Shown here in pieces: positions 1 to 9,831 of a DNA stretch of 64,000 nucleotides (the first letter of the stretch is position 1; each line of letters begins with the position of its first letter). The translations under genes and the position numbers were made by a program. The stretch lies in the NCBI GenBank assembly GCA_011050465.1, contig DRFQ01000001.1, forward strand, positions 114,860 through 178,859, written 5' to 3'. This stretch comes from Candidatus Nealsonbacteria bacterium. GTDB lineage: Bacteria; Patescibacteriota; Minisyncoccia; Minisyncoccales; RBG-13-36-15. The notes beneath the pieces were generated by a model. That model searched no databases and was not told the origin of the DNA. It was given only the letters and a program-made list of their open reading frames with translations.

Positions 1-99
1 GAGCAATGGGACAACCAAAGCAATATAGCCCCAGATCAATAAAAACGGAGGCGGTTTCCGGGTACTTCTGAGCAATCTCTTTAATTGTCATTTCTTTTG

Positions 100-1167
100 T
101 TATTTTTTCCATAAAACTTTCTTTAGAAAAGATTTTACCTCTGTTGGTTTAATATTTTGAATAAATTTCCCCTTTTTAAAAATTGCGGCTTTCTTGTTTT
201 CCATTCCTACGATCGCCAAATCTACTTCCCGAGCTTCTCCTAATCCGTTAACAATACAACCCATTATTGCGATTTTAAGGGGTTTTTCTTCAAATTTATC
301 GGAAAAACCTTCAATATATTTTACAATATCTTCGACTGGAATTTTAGTCCTGGCGCAGGTTGGACAGCTAATAATCGTTAGTCCTCGGTCTCTTAGTCTT
401 AAGCTTTTTAAAATTTCCCAGCCAACTTTCACTTCTTCAATGGGCGAACCGCTCAAAGAAATCCTAATGGTATCGCCAATGCCTTCTAAGAGTAAACTGC
501 CAATACCAATGGAAGATTTGACGATTCCTGTTCTTGCCCTTCCGGCCTCGGTAATTCCTAAATGAAGCGGCCAATTCCCTCTGCCAGCCAAAATCTTATA
601 AGCTCTAATAGTGGTTAAAACATCAGTTGCTTTTAAAGAAACTACTATATCTTTAAATTTCAGCTTCTCTAAAAATCTAATTGACCTCATTGCAGATTCA
701 ACTAAAATTTCAGCTGTAATCTTTTCTCGATATTTTTTTAATAAATCTAATTCCAAAGAACCGCTATTGATCCCTATCCTTATTGGAATATTCTTCTTCT
801 TAGCTTTTTCAACTATCGCCTTTACTTTCTCTTTGTCGCCTATATTGCCCGGGTTAATTCGAATCTTATCGGCTCCCTGATTTATTGACTCAATGGCTAA
901 TTTATAATCAAAGTGAATATCAACAACTAAAGGAATATTTATTTGTTTTTTTATTTTTCTTATTGCTTTGGCTGATCTCATATCCGGCACCCCAACCCGT
1001 ACTATTTCGCAACCTGATCTTTCTAGCTCTTTAATTTGTCTTACTGTCGCTTTTACGTCTTTAGTTGCGGTATTGGTCATTGACTGAACAGAAATAGGAT
1101 TTTTACCGCCAATTTTTACATTGCCTACTTTTATTATTCTAGTTTTTCTTCTGTTTATCTTTTGCAT
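100..1167 (-). CDS. ispG: 4-hydroxy-3-methylbut-2-en-1-yl diphosphate synthase (IspG/GcpE)
   Basis: 355 aa; N-terminal 'RRKTRIIKVGNVKIGGKNPISVQSMTNT' and the TIM-barrel region are typical of GcpE. Confidence 0.85.
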   Translation of the reverse strand: MQKINRRKTRIIKVGNVKIGGKNPISVQSMTNTATKDVKATVRQIKELERSGCEIVRVGVPDMRSAKAIRKIKKQINIPLVVDIHFDYKLAIESINQGADKIRINPGNIGDKEKVKAIVEKAKKKNIPIRIGINSGSLELDLLKKYREKITAEILVESAMRSIRFLEKLKFKDIVVSLKATDVLTTIRAYKILAGRGNWPLHLGITEAGRARTGIVKSSIGIGSLLLEGIGDTIRISLSGSPIEEVKVGWEILKSLRLRDRGLTIISCPTCARTKIPVEDIVKYIEGFSDKFEEKPLKIAIMGCIVNGLGEAREVDLAIVGMENKKAAIFKKGKFIQNIKPTEVKSFLKKVLWKK

Positions 1168-1168
1168 A

Positions 1169-1355
1169 CCCCGTAGGAAATTAAATATTTTCCGTTGTTA
1201 TATTAAGACCTTTGGATATCTCCATAATTATTGTTATTTACATAATCAAGGGTTTTTGAAGGGAAAATATTTGAAAATGTCTATGTCCCAAGGAAATCTA
1301 ATATTGAACGCGCCATCTTGTCTTATCCACGAAAACCCTCTTGTTTCCTACGGGG
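1169..1355. mobile_element. MITE-like repeat, copy A (TIR CCCCGTAGGAAA ... TTTCCTACGGGG)
   Basis: Perfect 12-bp terminal inverted repeats; about 187 bp; AT-rich interior. Left end starts 2 bp after the ispG ATG and the right TIR contains the ispH stop codon. Shares both ends and internal blocks with copy B at 11081-11272. Confidence 0.6.
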
Positions 1356-2187
1356 CATAGCTTTTTAATTTTTGAATTACTTCTTTAATCAACCAATCGG
1401 GAGTAGATGTGCCAGTGGCTATCCCTAATGTTTTGACATTCAAAAACCGTTTCTTTTTTAATTGGCTTGCGTTTTCAATATGATAAACTGGTTTTCCAAC
1501 TGCTTTGGCAATTTCTACCAGCCTATTAGTATTAGCACTGGTTTTCGACCCAATAATTAACAATAAATCTACTCTTAAGGCTAATTCTTTTAGCCCTTCT
1601 TGATAGGCTGAAACACTTGGGCAAATGGTATTATAAAATTTAAGATTTTTAAATCTCTTCTTAAGTACTCTTATAATTTCTTTAACTTTTACTGGATTCT
1701 GAGTAGTCTGGGCTATTATTGCTAAAGACTTATTTTTTATTTCTAGCCTAAAGGCCTCTTCTTCACTATCGATAATGATTCCTCTTCTTTTTATAACTGC
1801 CTGAATTGATCTGATTTCTTTGTGTTCTTTGTCGCCAATAATAATTATCTGGTTTCCTTTCTCGTGAAGATCTTTCGTTAAGTCTTGAACATTTTTTACT
1901 AAAGGACAGGTCGCATCAACCATTTTAATGCCCATCTCCTTTATCCTTTGCAGGACTTCTGGATCCTCTCCATGAGTAGGAATGATTATCACACCACTTT
2001 TTGCTTCATCTAAAGAATTAATAAATTCTACGCCTGATTCTTGAAGTTTTCTTATAACGCTTTCGTTGTGAACCAAAGGGCCCAACACCTGACAAGGTCT
2101 TACTGCTTTTGACGTCTTTAATGCTAAATTAAAAGCTCTTTTTACCCCAAAACAAAATCCTACCTTTGTAGCTAAAATTATTTCCAT
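1348..2187 (-). CDS. ispH: 4-hydroxy-3-methylbut-2-enyl diphosphate reductase (IspH/LytB)
   Basis: 279 aa; 'ATKVGFCFGVKRA' and 'DATCPLVKNV' conserved Cys regions of LytB. Confidence 0.85.
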   Translation of the reverse strand: MEIILATKVGFCFGVKRAFNLALKTSKAVRPCQVLGPLVHNESVIRKLQESGVEFINSLDEAKSGVIIIPTHGEDPEVLQRIKEMGIKMVDATCPLVKNVQDLTKDLHEKGNQIIIIGDKEHKEIRSIQAVIKRRGIIIDSEEEAFRLEIKNKSLAIIAQTTQNPVKVKEIIRVLKKRFKNLKFYNTICPSVSAYQEGLKELALRVDLLLIIGSKTSANTNRLVEIAKAVGKPVYHIENASQLKKKRFLNVKTLGIATGTSTPDWLIKEVIQKLKSYAP

Positions 2188-2262
2188 AAACAGTAATTTT
2201 TCAAATTTTAATTGGTACTCCTTTTACACCTCTTGTTCTTATTATAGAATAAATAGAGATTT

Positions 2263-3342
2263 ATGAATAACGATTTAATTGAAATTGACGGATCTATTGG
2301 TGAAGCTGGCGGCCAAATATTAAGGACAGCTGTGGCTTTGGCGGCAGTAACTAAAAAACCCTGCCATGTATTTAATATTCGAGAGGGCAGGCCAAAGCCG
2401 GGGTTAGCAACCCAACATCTTTTGGGAATTCAGGCCTTAGCTCGGCTCTGTGATGGAAAATTAGAAGGAGATTATCTGGGTTCAGAAGAAATTAAATTCT
2501 ATCCAGGTGAAGTTTACAGAGGCCGGGCCTCTGTTAATATTACTACTGCAGGAAGTATAGCTTTGGTTTTGCAAGCTTTAATTTTGCCGGCTTTGTTCGC
2601 CCCAGAACCAATTAAAATTTATTTTGACGGTGGATCTACCGACACCTTTTTCTCTCCAACCATTGACCATTTCCGCTATGTATTTTTAAAAATCTTAGAA
2701 AAGATGGGGATGAAAATAGAGATAAATATAATCAGACGAGGTTTTTATCCTGAAGGTGGTGCAAAAGTTGAAGTTATAGTTCATCCCCTCCTTCGGCAAG
2801 CCCGCCTGCCGGCGAGGCAGGGTTCCGGCGGGCAGGCCTCTAAACTAAACAGTGTGAATTTAATTGAAAGAGGTAAGCTTAAAAAAATTACAGTAACTTC
2901 AGGCGCTTCAGAATTTTTACAAGACAAAAAGGTAGCTGAAAGGCAATTAGCTGGAGTAAAAGAAATTTTAGGAAAATTAAAATTGTCCCTTGAAGAAAAA
3001 ATTGAATATTATCAAACTTCCTGTCCGGGAAGCCAAATCTGCTTAATTGCTGAATTTAAAAATACAGTCATTGGGACTGATAATTTGGGGAAATTAGGGA
3101 AAAGAGCTGAAGATGTCGGCAAAGAAGCTGCTTTAGAATTATTAAAAGAACAAAAATCTGAAGCTTGTTTAGATAAACATTTAGCCGACCAAATTTTACC
3201 CTATATGGCTCTTGCCAAAGGCAAATCCCAAGTAACCGTCTCAGAAATAACCGATCACTGCAAAGCCAACATCTGGGTAATTGAAAAATTCATTGATGGA
3301 AAGTTTAAGATAGATGGTAATTTAATATCTTGGAGTCCATAA
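2263..3342 (+). CDS. rtcA: RNA 3'-terminal phosphate cyclase
   Basis: 359 aa; N-terminal 'IEIDGSIGEAGGQILRTAVALAAV' RtcA signature. Confidence 0.8.
   Translation: MNNDLIEIDGSIGEAGGQILRTAVALAAVTKKPCHVFNIREGRPKPGLATQHLLGIQALARLCDGKLEGDYLGSEEIKFYPGEVYRGRASVNITTAGSIALVLQALILPALFAPEPIKIYFDGGSTDTFFSPTIDHFRYVFLKILEKMGMKIEINIIRRGFYPEGGAKVEVIVHPLLRQARLPARQGSGGQASKLNSVNLIERGKLKKITVTSGASEFLQDKKVAERQLAGVKEILGKLKLSLEEKIEYYQTSCPGSQICLIAEFKNTVIGTDNLGKLGKRAEDVGKEAALELLKEQKSEACLDKHLADQILPYMALAKGKSQVTVSEITDHCKANIWVIEKFIDGKFKIDGNLISWSP
2785..2840. repeat. GC-rich palindromic mini-insertion in frame within rtcA
   Basis: About 56 bp at roughly 75% GC inside an AT-rich gene. Near-palindrome gcccgcctgccgg / ccggcgggcaggc. 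Encodes 'LLRQARLPARQGSGGQAS', an extra loop relative to typical RtcA. Confidence 0.45.
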
Positions 3343-3364
3343 AAAATATTGTCTGTTGGGATAA

Positions 3365-3392
3365 AAAAGCCCGCGCTAAAGCGCGGGCTTTT
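3365..3392. terminator. Bidirectional intrinsic terminator
   Basis: aaaagcccgcgctaaagcgcgggctttt: perfect GC stem with flanking A/T runs, between convergent genes. Confidence 0.7.
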
Positions 3393-3414
3393 ACAATCTC
3401 TTGCTAAAAATTTA

Positions 3415-3470
3415 CGGAACTTGCCCCGTGGTCCTGAGGTCATCGAAGGATTTTACGGGGAAAACCGAAA
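3415..3470. repeat. Short copy of the GC-rich 'GTCCTGAG ... TCGAAGGATTT' repeat family
   Basis: ccccgtggtcctgaggtcatcgaaggattttacgggg; CCCCG/CGGGG ends; same core as the 26020-26060 and 19897-19960 copies. Confidence 0.35.
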
Positions 3471-3514
3471 AGTAGAATAGTCAGTCAATAAATGTAATAG
3501 CAGAGAGGATTTGG

Positions 3515-4165
3515 TTATTCAGGAAGCTTAAAACTGTTCACAACAGTCTCAAATTCTTCTCGAAACTCATATTTTCCGTCTTTTACTTTTGGTGCGCCTG
3601 TGAGCCATAGACGGTAAATGTATTTTTTGCCGTAGAGAATATAGGTTTCACCCCAAGATGTTTCACCTTTAAGATCCTCAATATCAAAGATTACTTGGCC
3701 AGGAATATTATTAATGGTTGTATTTTGTACTTTTCTTGTCAGGATTGCTCCATATGATGTTTTTTCTTGGTCTATCTCTTCATACTTAAACGTCTCTCTT
3801 TCTGAAAGATTATGCACATTTAAATAGACGAGGAATGTACCTGCCCAAATGGTTATCACTCTCCCTGGTGACTCTGGAAATCCTTCATATAAAGTCCATT
3901 GACTAGGGTAAGCTAGAGAATAAAAGTATTCCGGGCTTTCATATCGAATTGTTTGTGGTATGGGGGTTAGTGTCACTTCCTCTGGGACTTCTATTGCTGG
4001 TGGCTTTACTTCGGGTAGTCTTATTTCTATTTCAGCTAATCTTGTTTCCAGGCCTGCTATCCATAAATAGTAATAACCTAAAGTCCCTCCGCCAACAATG
4101 GCAGCCAAAACAACAACAATTAAGATGTATTGCAGATTAATTTTACCTTGGGTAATGAATGGCAT
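3515..4165 (-). CDS. Hypothetical membrane-anchored protein (N-terminal TM helix, extracytoplasmic domain)
   Basis: 216 aa; single N-terminal hydrophobic helix 'LIVVVLAAIVGGGTLGYYYLWIAG'; no recognised domain. Confidence 0.5.
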   Translation of the reverse strand: MPFITQGKINLQYILIVVVLAAIVGGGTLGYYYLWIAGLETRLAEIEIRLPEVKPPAIEVPEEVTLTPIPQTIRYESPEYFYSLAYPSQWTLYEGFPESPGRVITIWAGTFLVYLNVHNLSERETFKYEEIDQEKTSYGAILTRKVQNTTINNIPGQVIFDIEDLKGETSWGETYILYGKKYIYRLWLTGAPKVKDGKYEFREEFETVVNSFKLPE

Positions 4166-4182
4166 ATTGGGTTATTATAGCA

Positions 4183-4207
4183 TGTTTAACACCCGACGTT
4201 AAACATC
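4183..4207. promoter_or_regulatory. Palindromic operator-like site ATGTTTAAC-N7-GTTAAACAT upstream of the 3515-4165 gene
   Basis: Perfect 9-bp inverted repeat about 20 bp upstream of the start codon. A near-identical palindrome lies upstream of the 40744 gene. Confidence 0.35.
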
Positions 4208-4272
4208 TTTACCACTTTTTTGATTATTCATATTTTCATTCTCCAACGATTTCTGGCTGGCCCCGTTAGAAA

Positions 4273-5367
4273 TTAATCAGTAATTTCTAAGCGGGGCTGG
4301 AAGAATTGATTAATTCTAATTTCGATTGGGATGACTTCTTTTAATTCCGCGCGGAACGAGGAATCAAGGTTCTGAGGGACTTTACTCCTCACGGTTCTTA
4401 TTTTACCGTCTTCAATCACAACTTTCAACATTAAGCCCTGCATTGTTTCTTTTGAAAAACCCTGGTCGAAAATAAAATTTCCTAAGGAATAGGCGATATA
4501 ACCATCTTTATAGCGTTCGATTTCTTGAACAACATGGGGATGATGGCCAATTATTAAATCTGCCCCAGTATCAATAGCTAGACGGGCGAAGTATTTTTGT
4601 TCTGAAGTTGGTTGGGATTTATATTCCTCGCCAAAATGCATTGAAACAACGATTAAATCTGCCTGATTTTTAGCTTTTTTTATATCTTCTTCTAATCTTT
4701 CTTCTGTCAGCCAGCTAATTCCTGAACGTTTTCCTGTAGCTTCCCAATTTTTAGAACCTAAATTAGTATAAGCTAAAAAGGCAATTTCTATATCATTAAT
4801 CTCTTTTATTATCGGCGAGTAAGCCTCTTTTTCGCTAAATCCTCCGCCAACATAATCTATTCCGGCCTCTCTTAGTCTCAAAAAAGTATCTTCCATTGCT
4901 TCCCGGCCATAATCAAAAATGTGATTATTAGCAACTGATAAAATATCAAAACCAGCATAATTGAATCCTTCGATTGCTTTAGGATTTGTCCGAAAAGAAT
5001 AAATTGAGCCGACTTTGCTGCCTTTATCAGAAATTGGGCTTTCTAAATTTCCGAATAAAATATCGGCCTTCTCTAAGTCTTCAGCAATTTCCAAAAATGG
5101 GAATTTCCAATCTCCTTTGCCGTATTTATTTATCGACCATTCCACTCCCCGATTAAGCATAATATCTCCGACGAAAAATAAAGTTATTTCTGAGGGTGGC
5201 TTTTTAAAAGATATTAATACTTGAGCTTGAGAAATTTCTGAAATTTCCTTTTCAAATTTCTGGAATTCAACAATAAAAAAGCTACTACCAAAGGCAGCGA
5301 TTAGTAAAATAATCAAAATAAAAATGAGTAAGTTTTGATACTTTTTTTTGAAAAAAAGAACGTGCAT
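4273..5367 (-). CDS. CapA/PgsA-family metallophosphatase (poly-gamma-glutamate capsule synthesis protein family)
   Basis: 364 aa; N-terminal TM; 'GNLESPIS', 'VANNHIFDYG', 'IIGHHPHVVQ' CapA motifs. Followed by a long hairpin terminator at about 4228-4266. Confidence 0.7.
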   Translation of the reverse strand: MHVLFFKKKYQNLLIFILIILLIAAFGSSFFIVEFQKFEKEISEISQAQVLISFKKPPSEITLFFVGDIMLNRGVEWSINKYGKGDWKFPFLEIAEDLEKADILFGNLESPISDKGSKVGSIYSFRTNPKAIEGFNYAGFDILSVANNHIFDYGREAMEDTFLRLREAGIDYVGGGFSEKEAYSPIIKEINDIEIAFLAYTNLGSKNWEATGKRSGISWLTEERLEEDIKKAKNQADLIVVSMHFGEEYKSQPTSEQKYFARLAIDTGADLIIGHHPHVVQEIERYKDGYIAYSLGNFIFDQGFSKETMQGLMLKVVIEDGKIRTVRSKVPQNLDSSFRAELKEVIPIEIRINQFFQPRLEITD

Positions 5368-5486
5368 GTTACTTTCTTAGTATAACAAAAAACCCCACGC
5401 GTGAAGCACGGGGTTGTCATACGCAAAAACCCCGCGTCTGACGCAAGGCTTTTTTGACTAACGGCAAAGCTGATTGCTTTATCTAT

Positions 5487-5849
5487 TTAGCAGGTCAAAT
5501 GAAAAAGGCCAATAACTTTATCTTGTTCTCCTTCTTCCTCTTCTGATTCTTCGTTTATTACATTAAAAGTTTTAGTAGCTTGCTCGGTTAAGTCAATTAT
5601 CAATTCAATCCCTTTCGATTTTATCTCGTTTTTAGCGGCTTCGGTAACTTCAGCCATCCCAGATTCCCCGGTCCCAATAATAATAGTGTCTGGATTTTGT
5701 TTTATTGCCCTTTTTATGTCTTCCACGCCTATAATATGACCTTCTTTTCTCCACCATTTCAAAACTTCGTCCGTCCATCTAAGCTCAACGTCGTGATTAT
5801 AAATTTTTCTATTCATAGTGATTGAACCAAATTTATACTCTTCAATCAT
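5487..5849 (-). CDS. Mth938-like (DUF498) domain protein
   Basis: 120 aa; 'FGSI...GTGESG' core and C-terminal 'HLTC' resemble the Mth938 family as recalled; not verifiable without a search. Confidence 0.45.
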   Translation of the reverse strand: MIEEYKFGSITMNRKIYNHDVELRWTDEVLKWWRKEGHIIGVEDIKRAIKQNPDTIIIGTGESGMAEVTEAAKNEIKSKGIELIIDLTEQATKTFNVINEESEEEEGEQDKVIGLFHLTC

Positions 5850-5853
5850 ATTT

Positions 5854-6636
5854 TTACTTTAGCTCAATTAAAGCAATTTCTGGGGGAGCGTTAAATCTAA
5901 TTGGCAAAAGAGTTGTTCCAATGCCTCGGCTTACATAAAGAAAAGTAGAATTCTCTTCAAAAAGCCCACTTTTATATTTCTTATCGTATTTTAAGGGCAG
6001 TAAAAGATTGGTGATAAAAGGAATATTTATTTGACCTCCGTGGGTATGGCCAACAAGAACTAGGTCCACACCTTTTCCCTTCACTTTTCTAAAAATCTCC
6101 GGAGAATGGGCAATTAATATTTTTGATGCACCAGCTTCAATGCCTGCCATTGCTTTTTCAACGTCATCGTAGCCTTCATGTGGATCATCGACGCCAATAA
6201 GGTAAACCCCGTTAGAAATCGAAAGCTTTCTAATGGGGTGAATAAAATCTTCATTTCTCCTTAATATTACTGCTTCGTTCTCAAGGATTTTAATTCCGCT
6301 TTCTTCCAAAAGATTATTTATAATTTTAAATTGTGGATGATAATGATCATGGTTTCCTAATACTCCGAAAACCTTTTTTGAATAACTTTCGGAAAGTTTT
6401 TTCCAAAAATTTTGACAAGACTCTAGATCTTTAGTCGTCTCATTTATAAAATCGCCGGTGATGAAAATAAAGTCTGGATTTAATGATTGTAAAATTTCTA
6501 AAACTTTATTCTCTTTTTCACTAAAATTCTTTGAATGCAAATCAGAAAGATGCGCGATTTTAACTCCTCTAAAAGACGGGGGTAGGTTTTTTATTTCTAT
6601 CGAAAATCTCTCGATTTTAATAGTTTTTGATTGCAT
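5854..6636 (-). CDS. Calcineurin-like metallophosphoesterase
   Basis: 260 aa; 'ITGDFI', 'GNHDHY', 'GHTHGGQ' phosphoesterase motifs. Confidence 0.7.
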   Translation of the reverse strand: MQSKTIKIERFSIEIKNLPPSFRGVKIAHLSDLHSKNFSEKENKVLEILQSLNPDFIFITGDFINETTKDLESCQNFWKKLSESYSKKVFGVLGNHDHYHPQFKIINNLLEESGIKILENEAVILRRNEDFIHPIRKLSISNGVYLIGVDDPHEGYDDVEKAMAGIEAGASKILIAHSPEIFRKVKGKGVDLVLVGHTHGGQINIPFITNLLLPLKYDKKYKSGLFEENSTFLYVSRGIGTTLLPIRFNAPPEIALIELK

Positions 6637-6689
6637 AAAAAAATCATAAATCCTAATAAAATAGCGGAAAACCAGATAGGCAATTAACC

Positions 6690-7646
6690 TTATTGAAATT
6701 TAAGGCTGGAATATTTACCACAACGGTCATTCCACATAGAAACTACTTTTCCTTCAATTCTGGCTTCAATGACCTCACATAAGTTGGGACAACCTTTACA
6801 TTGAAAAGAGGTACACTTTATGTCTTGATCGGAAACTCCCCAGCCCCTAAATTTGGTTTTCCCTTGGATATTTTCTTTGGCTAAAAGGGCTGCCCCCAAG
6901 GCTCCCATTACCGTGTTATGTTTTGGCACAATAACTTCTTCTCCTAAAACGTTATTAAAAGCTTTTCTCATTCCCAAATTTTCTGAAACCCCGCCTAAAA
7001 AAACTATTGGAGGTAAAATCTTTTTTCCTTTAGCTATATTGGCCAAAAAATTTCTGGCCAAACCGTGGCAAAGACCAGCAACAATATCTTCTCTGGAATG
7101 ACCTATCTGCTGTTTGTGAATCATATCAGATTCAGCAAAAACCGTGCACCTGGAACCTACGATTGTTGGTTGTTTTGATTTTAAAGCAATTTGGCCGAAT
7201 TCTTCTATTGGAATTCCCAACCTAAAAGCTTGGGCGTCAAGAAAACTTCCGGTACCCGCAGCACAAATAAGATTCATGGCAAAATCAACCACCACTCCGT
7301 TTTCTAAAATAATAATTTTCGAATCTTGTCCACCAATTTCAATAACTGTTTTGACTTCAGGAATAAAAAAGTTTACCCCCTTGGCGTGGGCAGAAATCTC
7401 ATTCTTAACTAAATCGGCTCCAACTACTACTCCGGCTAAATATCTGGCAGATCCTGTTGTTCCTACTCCGGTAATTTCGATATTGTGAGGAGTCTTTCCT
7501 CGAAGGCGTTTCAAACCATTCTGAATCGCCCTAATAGGATTACCTTCCGTTCGAAGATAAAGAGCGCACAACACATGGTTATTTTCGTCAATTAAGGTCA
7601 ATTTTGTTGAAATAGAACCAACGTCAACGCCAAGATAAGTATTCAT
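6690..7646 (-). CDS. CoA-substrate-specific enzyme activase (BadF/BadG/BcrA/BcrD ATPase family) with Cys-rich C-terminal extension
   Basis: 318 aa; 'LGVDVGSISTKLTLID' actin-like ATPase phosphate-1 motif and 'EIGGQDSKII' typical of HgdC-type activases; C-terminal CxxC...C cluster. Confidence 0.65.
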   Translation of the reverse strand: MNTYLGVDVGSISTKLTLIDENNHVLCALYLRTEGNPIRAIQNGLKRLRGKTPHNIEITGVGTTGSARYLAGVVVGADLVKNEISAHAKGVNFFIPEVKTVIEIGGQDSKIIILENGVVVDFAMNLICAAGTGSFLDAQAFRLGIPIEEFGQIALKSKQPTIVGSRCTVFAESDMIHKQQIGHSREDIVAGLCHGLARNFLANIAKGKKILPPIVFLGGVSENLGMRKAFNNVLGEEVIVPKHNTVMGALGAALLAKENIQGKTKFRGWGVSDQDIKCTSFQCKGCPNLCEVIEARIEGKVVSMWNDRCGKYSSLKFQ

Positions 7647-7712
7647 AATAAAGATAAAATTATTGATTACCTGCTCCGCACTGTTTCGAAGGAATTAGTG
7701 CGTGGTTAATTA

Positions 7713-8810
7713 TTACTTTGATTTCATTAAATCGACGAAAGCTTCTAATCTGGTTTGGATCCCTGCTTCGGCCGTCTGTTCATCTAAAGAGATAGAAAGA
7801 AATGGAAGTTTTTTTTCTTGGCTAATTTTTTGTAAGATTGGCCTAACGGTAACTTCCGGCATACAACCGAATGGTAATAAGTGAATAACACCGTCGAATC
7901 CCTTTCTAGCATATTCCAGTATTTCTTCAATTGCCTGACGACCGTGGCCGCCAACCGTTGTTTTTAGGTACGGATTTACTTTCCTTTGAAGTAACCATTC
8001 ATTCCAGGGAGGAAAACCGCCCTTTAAGTGCTGAGTAAGGTTTAATTTCCTATGCACCGTAATGTTCATCTCGCCTAATTTTTTATCTAAATCAAAATTG
8101 ACCCCTCCATCGATAATGGTATAAATTTCTCCGACTATCCCTACGCTCAAAATCTTTCGATTTTGATCTATTTTAATTTCGGAGAATTTTCCCCAAGTCT
8201 CTTTTTTAAGTTCAGATATTTTTTTTAAACTAGTGGTCTGCGTTAGTTTTTTTAGGGCCGTATTTAAAACTTTGTCTGTCTGACCCTTTTCTTTTTCTCT
8301 TGGTCTAAAGTATTGAGCTTTTTCTTCCAGTTTTTCAATAAAATTAATTTCTTTAAAAAAAACGCGGACTGCCTCGAGAAGTTTCCAAAATGAAATTTTG
8401 TTTGATTTTTTTATTTCTAAAATCCGGGAAAGAAGGTTTTGGGAATTGAAATTTAAAACTTTTATCTTGAAACCGGCCTCTCTTAAGGCTTTTTCTTGAA
8501 TTATCCAATAATATCTCAACCTACAACTCCCTCCAAGATTTTCCCACATTATAACGGTATCGGCTCCTTTTCTTATGGCTGGGAGATAGTTTCCAATATT
8601 AACCTTCAGTGGAAAACAAAAAAGTTCTGGAGAAAGTTTTACCCCTTCTTCAATGACTTTTGGGTTGGTTTTTTCCGGTAAGATAACTTCGAAGCCTAAT
8701 TTTCGAAGCAAGGTTTGAAAAGCTATGGTGTAATTTCCCCAATCTGCAAAAGTAATTTTCATAAACTTTATGGATTGCCTAATGTTTACATACAGCAAAT
8801 TTATATTCAC
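7713..8810 (-). CDS. HgdB/DUF2229-like partner protein of the activase (2-hydroxyacyl-CoA dehydratase-like subunit)
   Basis: 365 aa; C-terminal 'GCMPEV...DEQTAEAGIQTRLEAFVD' motif of dehydratase D-component-like proteins. Confidence 0.5.
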   Translation of the reverse strand: MNINLLYVNIRQSIKFMKITFADWGNYTIAFQTLLRKLGFEVILPEKTNPKVIEEGVKLSPELFCFPLKVNIGNYLPAIRKGADTVIMWENLGGSCRLRYYWIIQEKALREAGFKIKVLNFNSQNLLSRILEIKKSNKISFWKLLEAVRVFFKEINFIEKLEEKAQYFRPREKEKGQTDKVLNTALKKLTQTTSLKKISELKKETWGKFSEIKIDQNRKILSVGIVGEIYTIIDGGVNFDLDKKLGEMNITVHRKLNLTQHLKGGFPPWNEWLLQRKVNPYLKTTVGGHGRQAIEEILEYARKGFDGVIHLLPFGCMPEVTVRPILQKISQEKKLPFLSISLDEQTAEAGIQTRLEAFVDLMKSK

Positions 8811-8912
8811 CCCGCACCTAATCTTTGTAATAAATTCGCCTTAGACTTATAGTGGAGGCGAAAACCGTAAACCATAAGAGATTAGATGCGGGGCGGATAT
8901 GCGGATTTTTAA

Positions 8913-9827
8913 CTAATGTAATGTGTCGAAAAAAGCTTCTAATCTAGTTTGGAGGCCGGCCTCACCGGTGTGTTCGTCAATTAAAAGATACAAGAAAGGA
9001 ATCTTTTTGTTTTTAAATTCTTTTTCGACGAATTCTTTTAAAACTGCATCGCAACCACATTGAAAAGCAGATATTTCAATTGCTCCCGATATACTATCTT
9101 TAGCAATACCTTTAACCTGAGTCAATATTTCCTGCCCGAATTCCCAATGAAATTTAGGTGAAATATTTTCTTGATTTCCTGGTGATTGCCGGACAGGAAC
9201 TTCGTCAATAAATATAACCTCTGCCCCTAGATCAATAATCTTCTTTTTTATGCCTAAGTTAATATAATCATCATATAAATTATAAGGGTGGCTAACAATA
9301 ATTATTTTTTTCTTTTGAGATTGGATTTTCTTTAAATAGCCTTCTTCAATTCTTAATTCTTCTTTTTTTTCTTTCAAGAAAGCAGCCTTAATGGCTATTT
9401 TAACTAATTCTTTTTCCTTGCCAATCTTCCTGCTGAATTTCATTAAAATATCTTCGAGATTGGATTTGTCCAAATCAAGCCAGGGCGATAGAAGAGGAGT
9501 TTTTATCAATAAAGAAAACAAATCGGGTAGGGCGAAAAATTTGGGACAATATTCTAATTTTGCTTCACTTTTCAGTAATCTAGGGATAAAAATAAAATCT
9601 ACTTTCCCGTCTAGCCATAAAATGTGGCCGTAAAGAACTTTAACAGAAAAACAAGACTCTGGATCTGCCGCCTTTATTCCGATTTCAATAATCTCTTTAT
9701 TGCTCTCTGGGGAAAGAAGAACTTGGAAACCAAGCTTTTCGAAAAAGACTGGCCAGAAAAAAGGTTTTTTCCAATAGAATAAGGCTCTTGGAATACCAAC
9801 CGTCGGTCTTTTTTGTTTGGACTCTTT
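8913..9827 (-). CDS. HgdB-like paralogue (second dehydratase-like subunit)
   Basis: Same C-terminal 'CGCDAV...DEHTGEAGLQTRLEAFFD' motif. Start trimmed to the internal ATG at 9827 (MKESKQKRP...) because the longer ORF to 9923 would overlap the EndoQ-like gene. Confidence 0.5.
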   Translation of the reverse strand, partial: KESKQKRPTVGIPRALFYWKKPFFWPVFFEKLGFQVLLSPESNKEIIEIGIKAADPESCFSVKVLYGHILWLDGKVDFIFIPRLLKSEAKLEYCPKFFALPDLFSLLIKTPLLSPWLDLDKSNLEDILMKFSRKIGKEKELVKIAIKAAFLKEKKEELRIEEGYLKKIQSQKKKIIIVSHPYNLYDDYINLGIKKKIIDLGAEVIFIDEVPVRQSPGNQENISPKFHWEFGQEILTQVKGIAKDSISGAIEISAFQCGCDAVLKEFVEKEFKNKKIPFLYLLIDEHTGEAGLQTRLEAFFDTLH

Positions 9828-9831
9828 CATG

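Noticed and set aside
1121-1360. 79-aa ORF (and the 67-aa ORF at 11107-11310) lying inside the MITE copies
   Set aside because: Low-complexity, no RBS, and the DNA is a repeated non-coding element with TIRs.
3255-3443. 62-aa minus-strand ORF overlapping the rtcA 3' end and terminator
   Set aside because: Overlaps a well-supported gene and a bidirectional terminator hairpin. No RBS.
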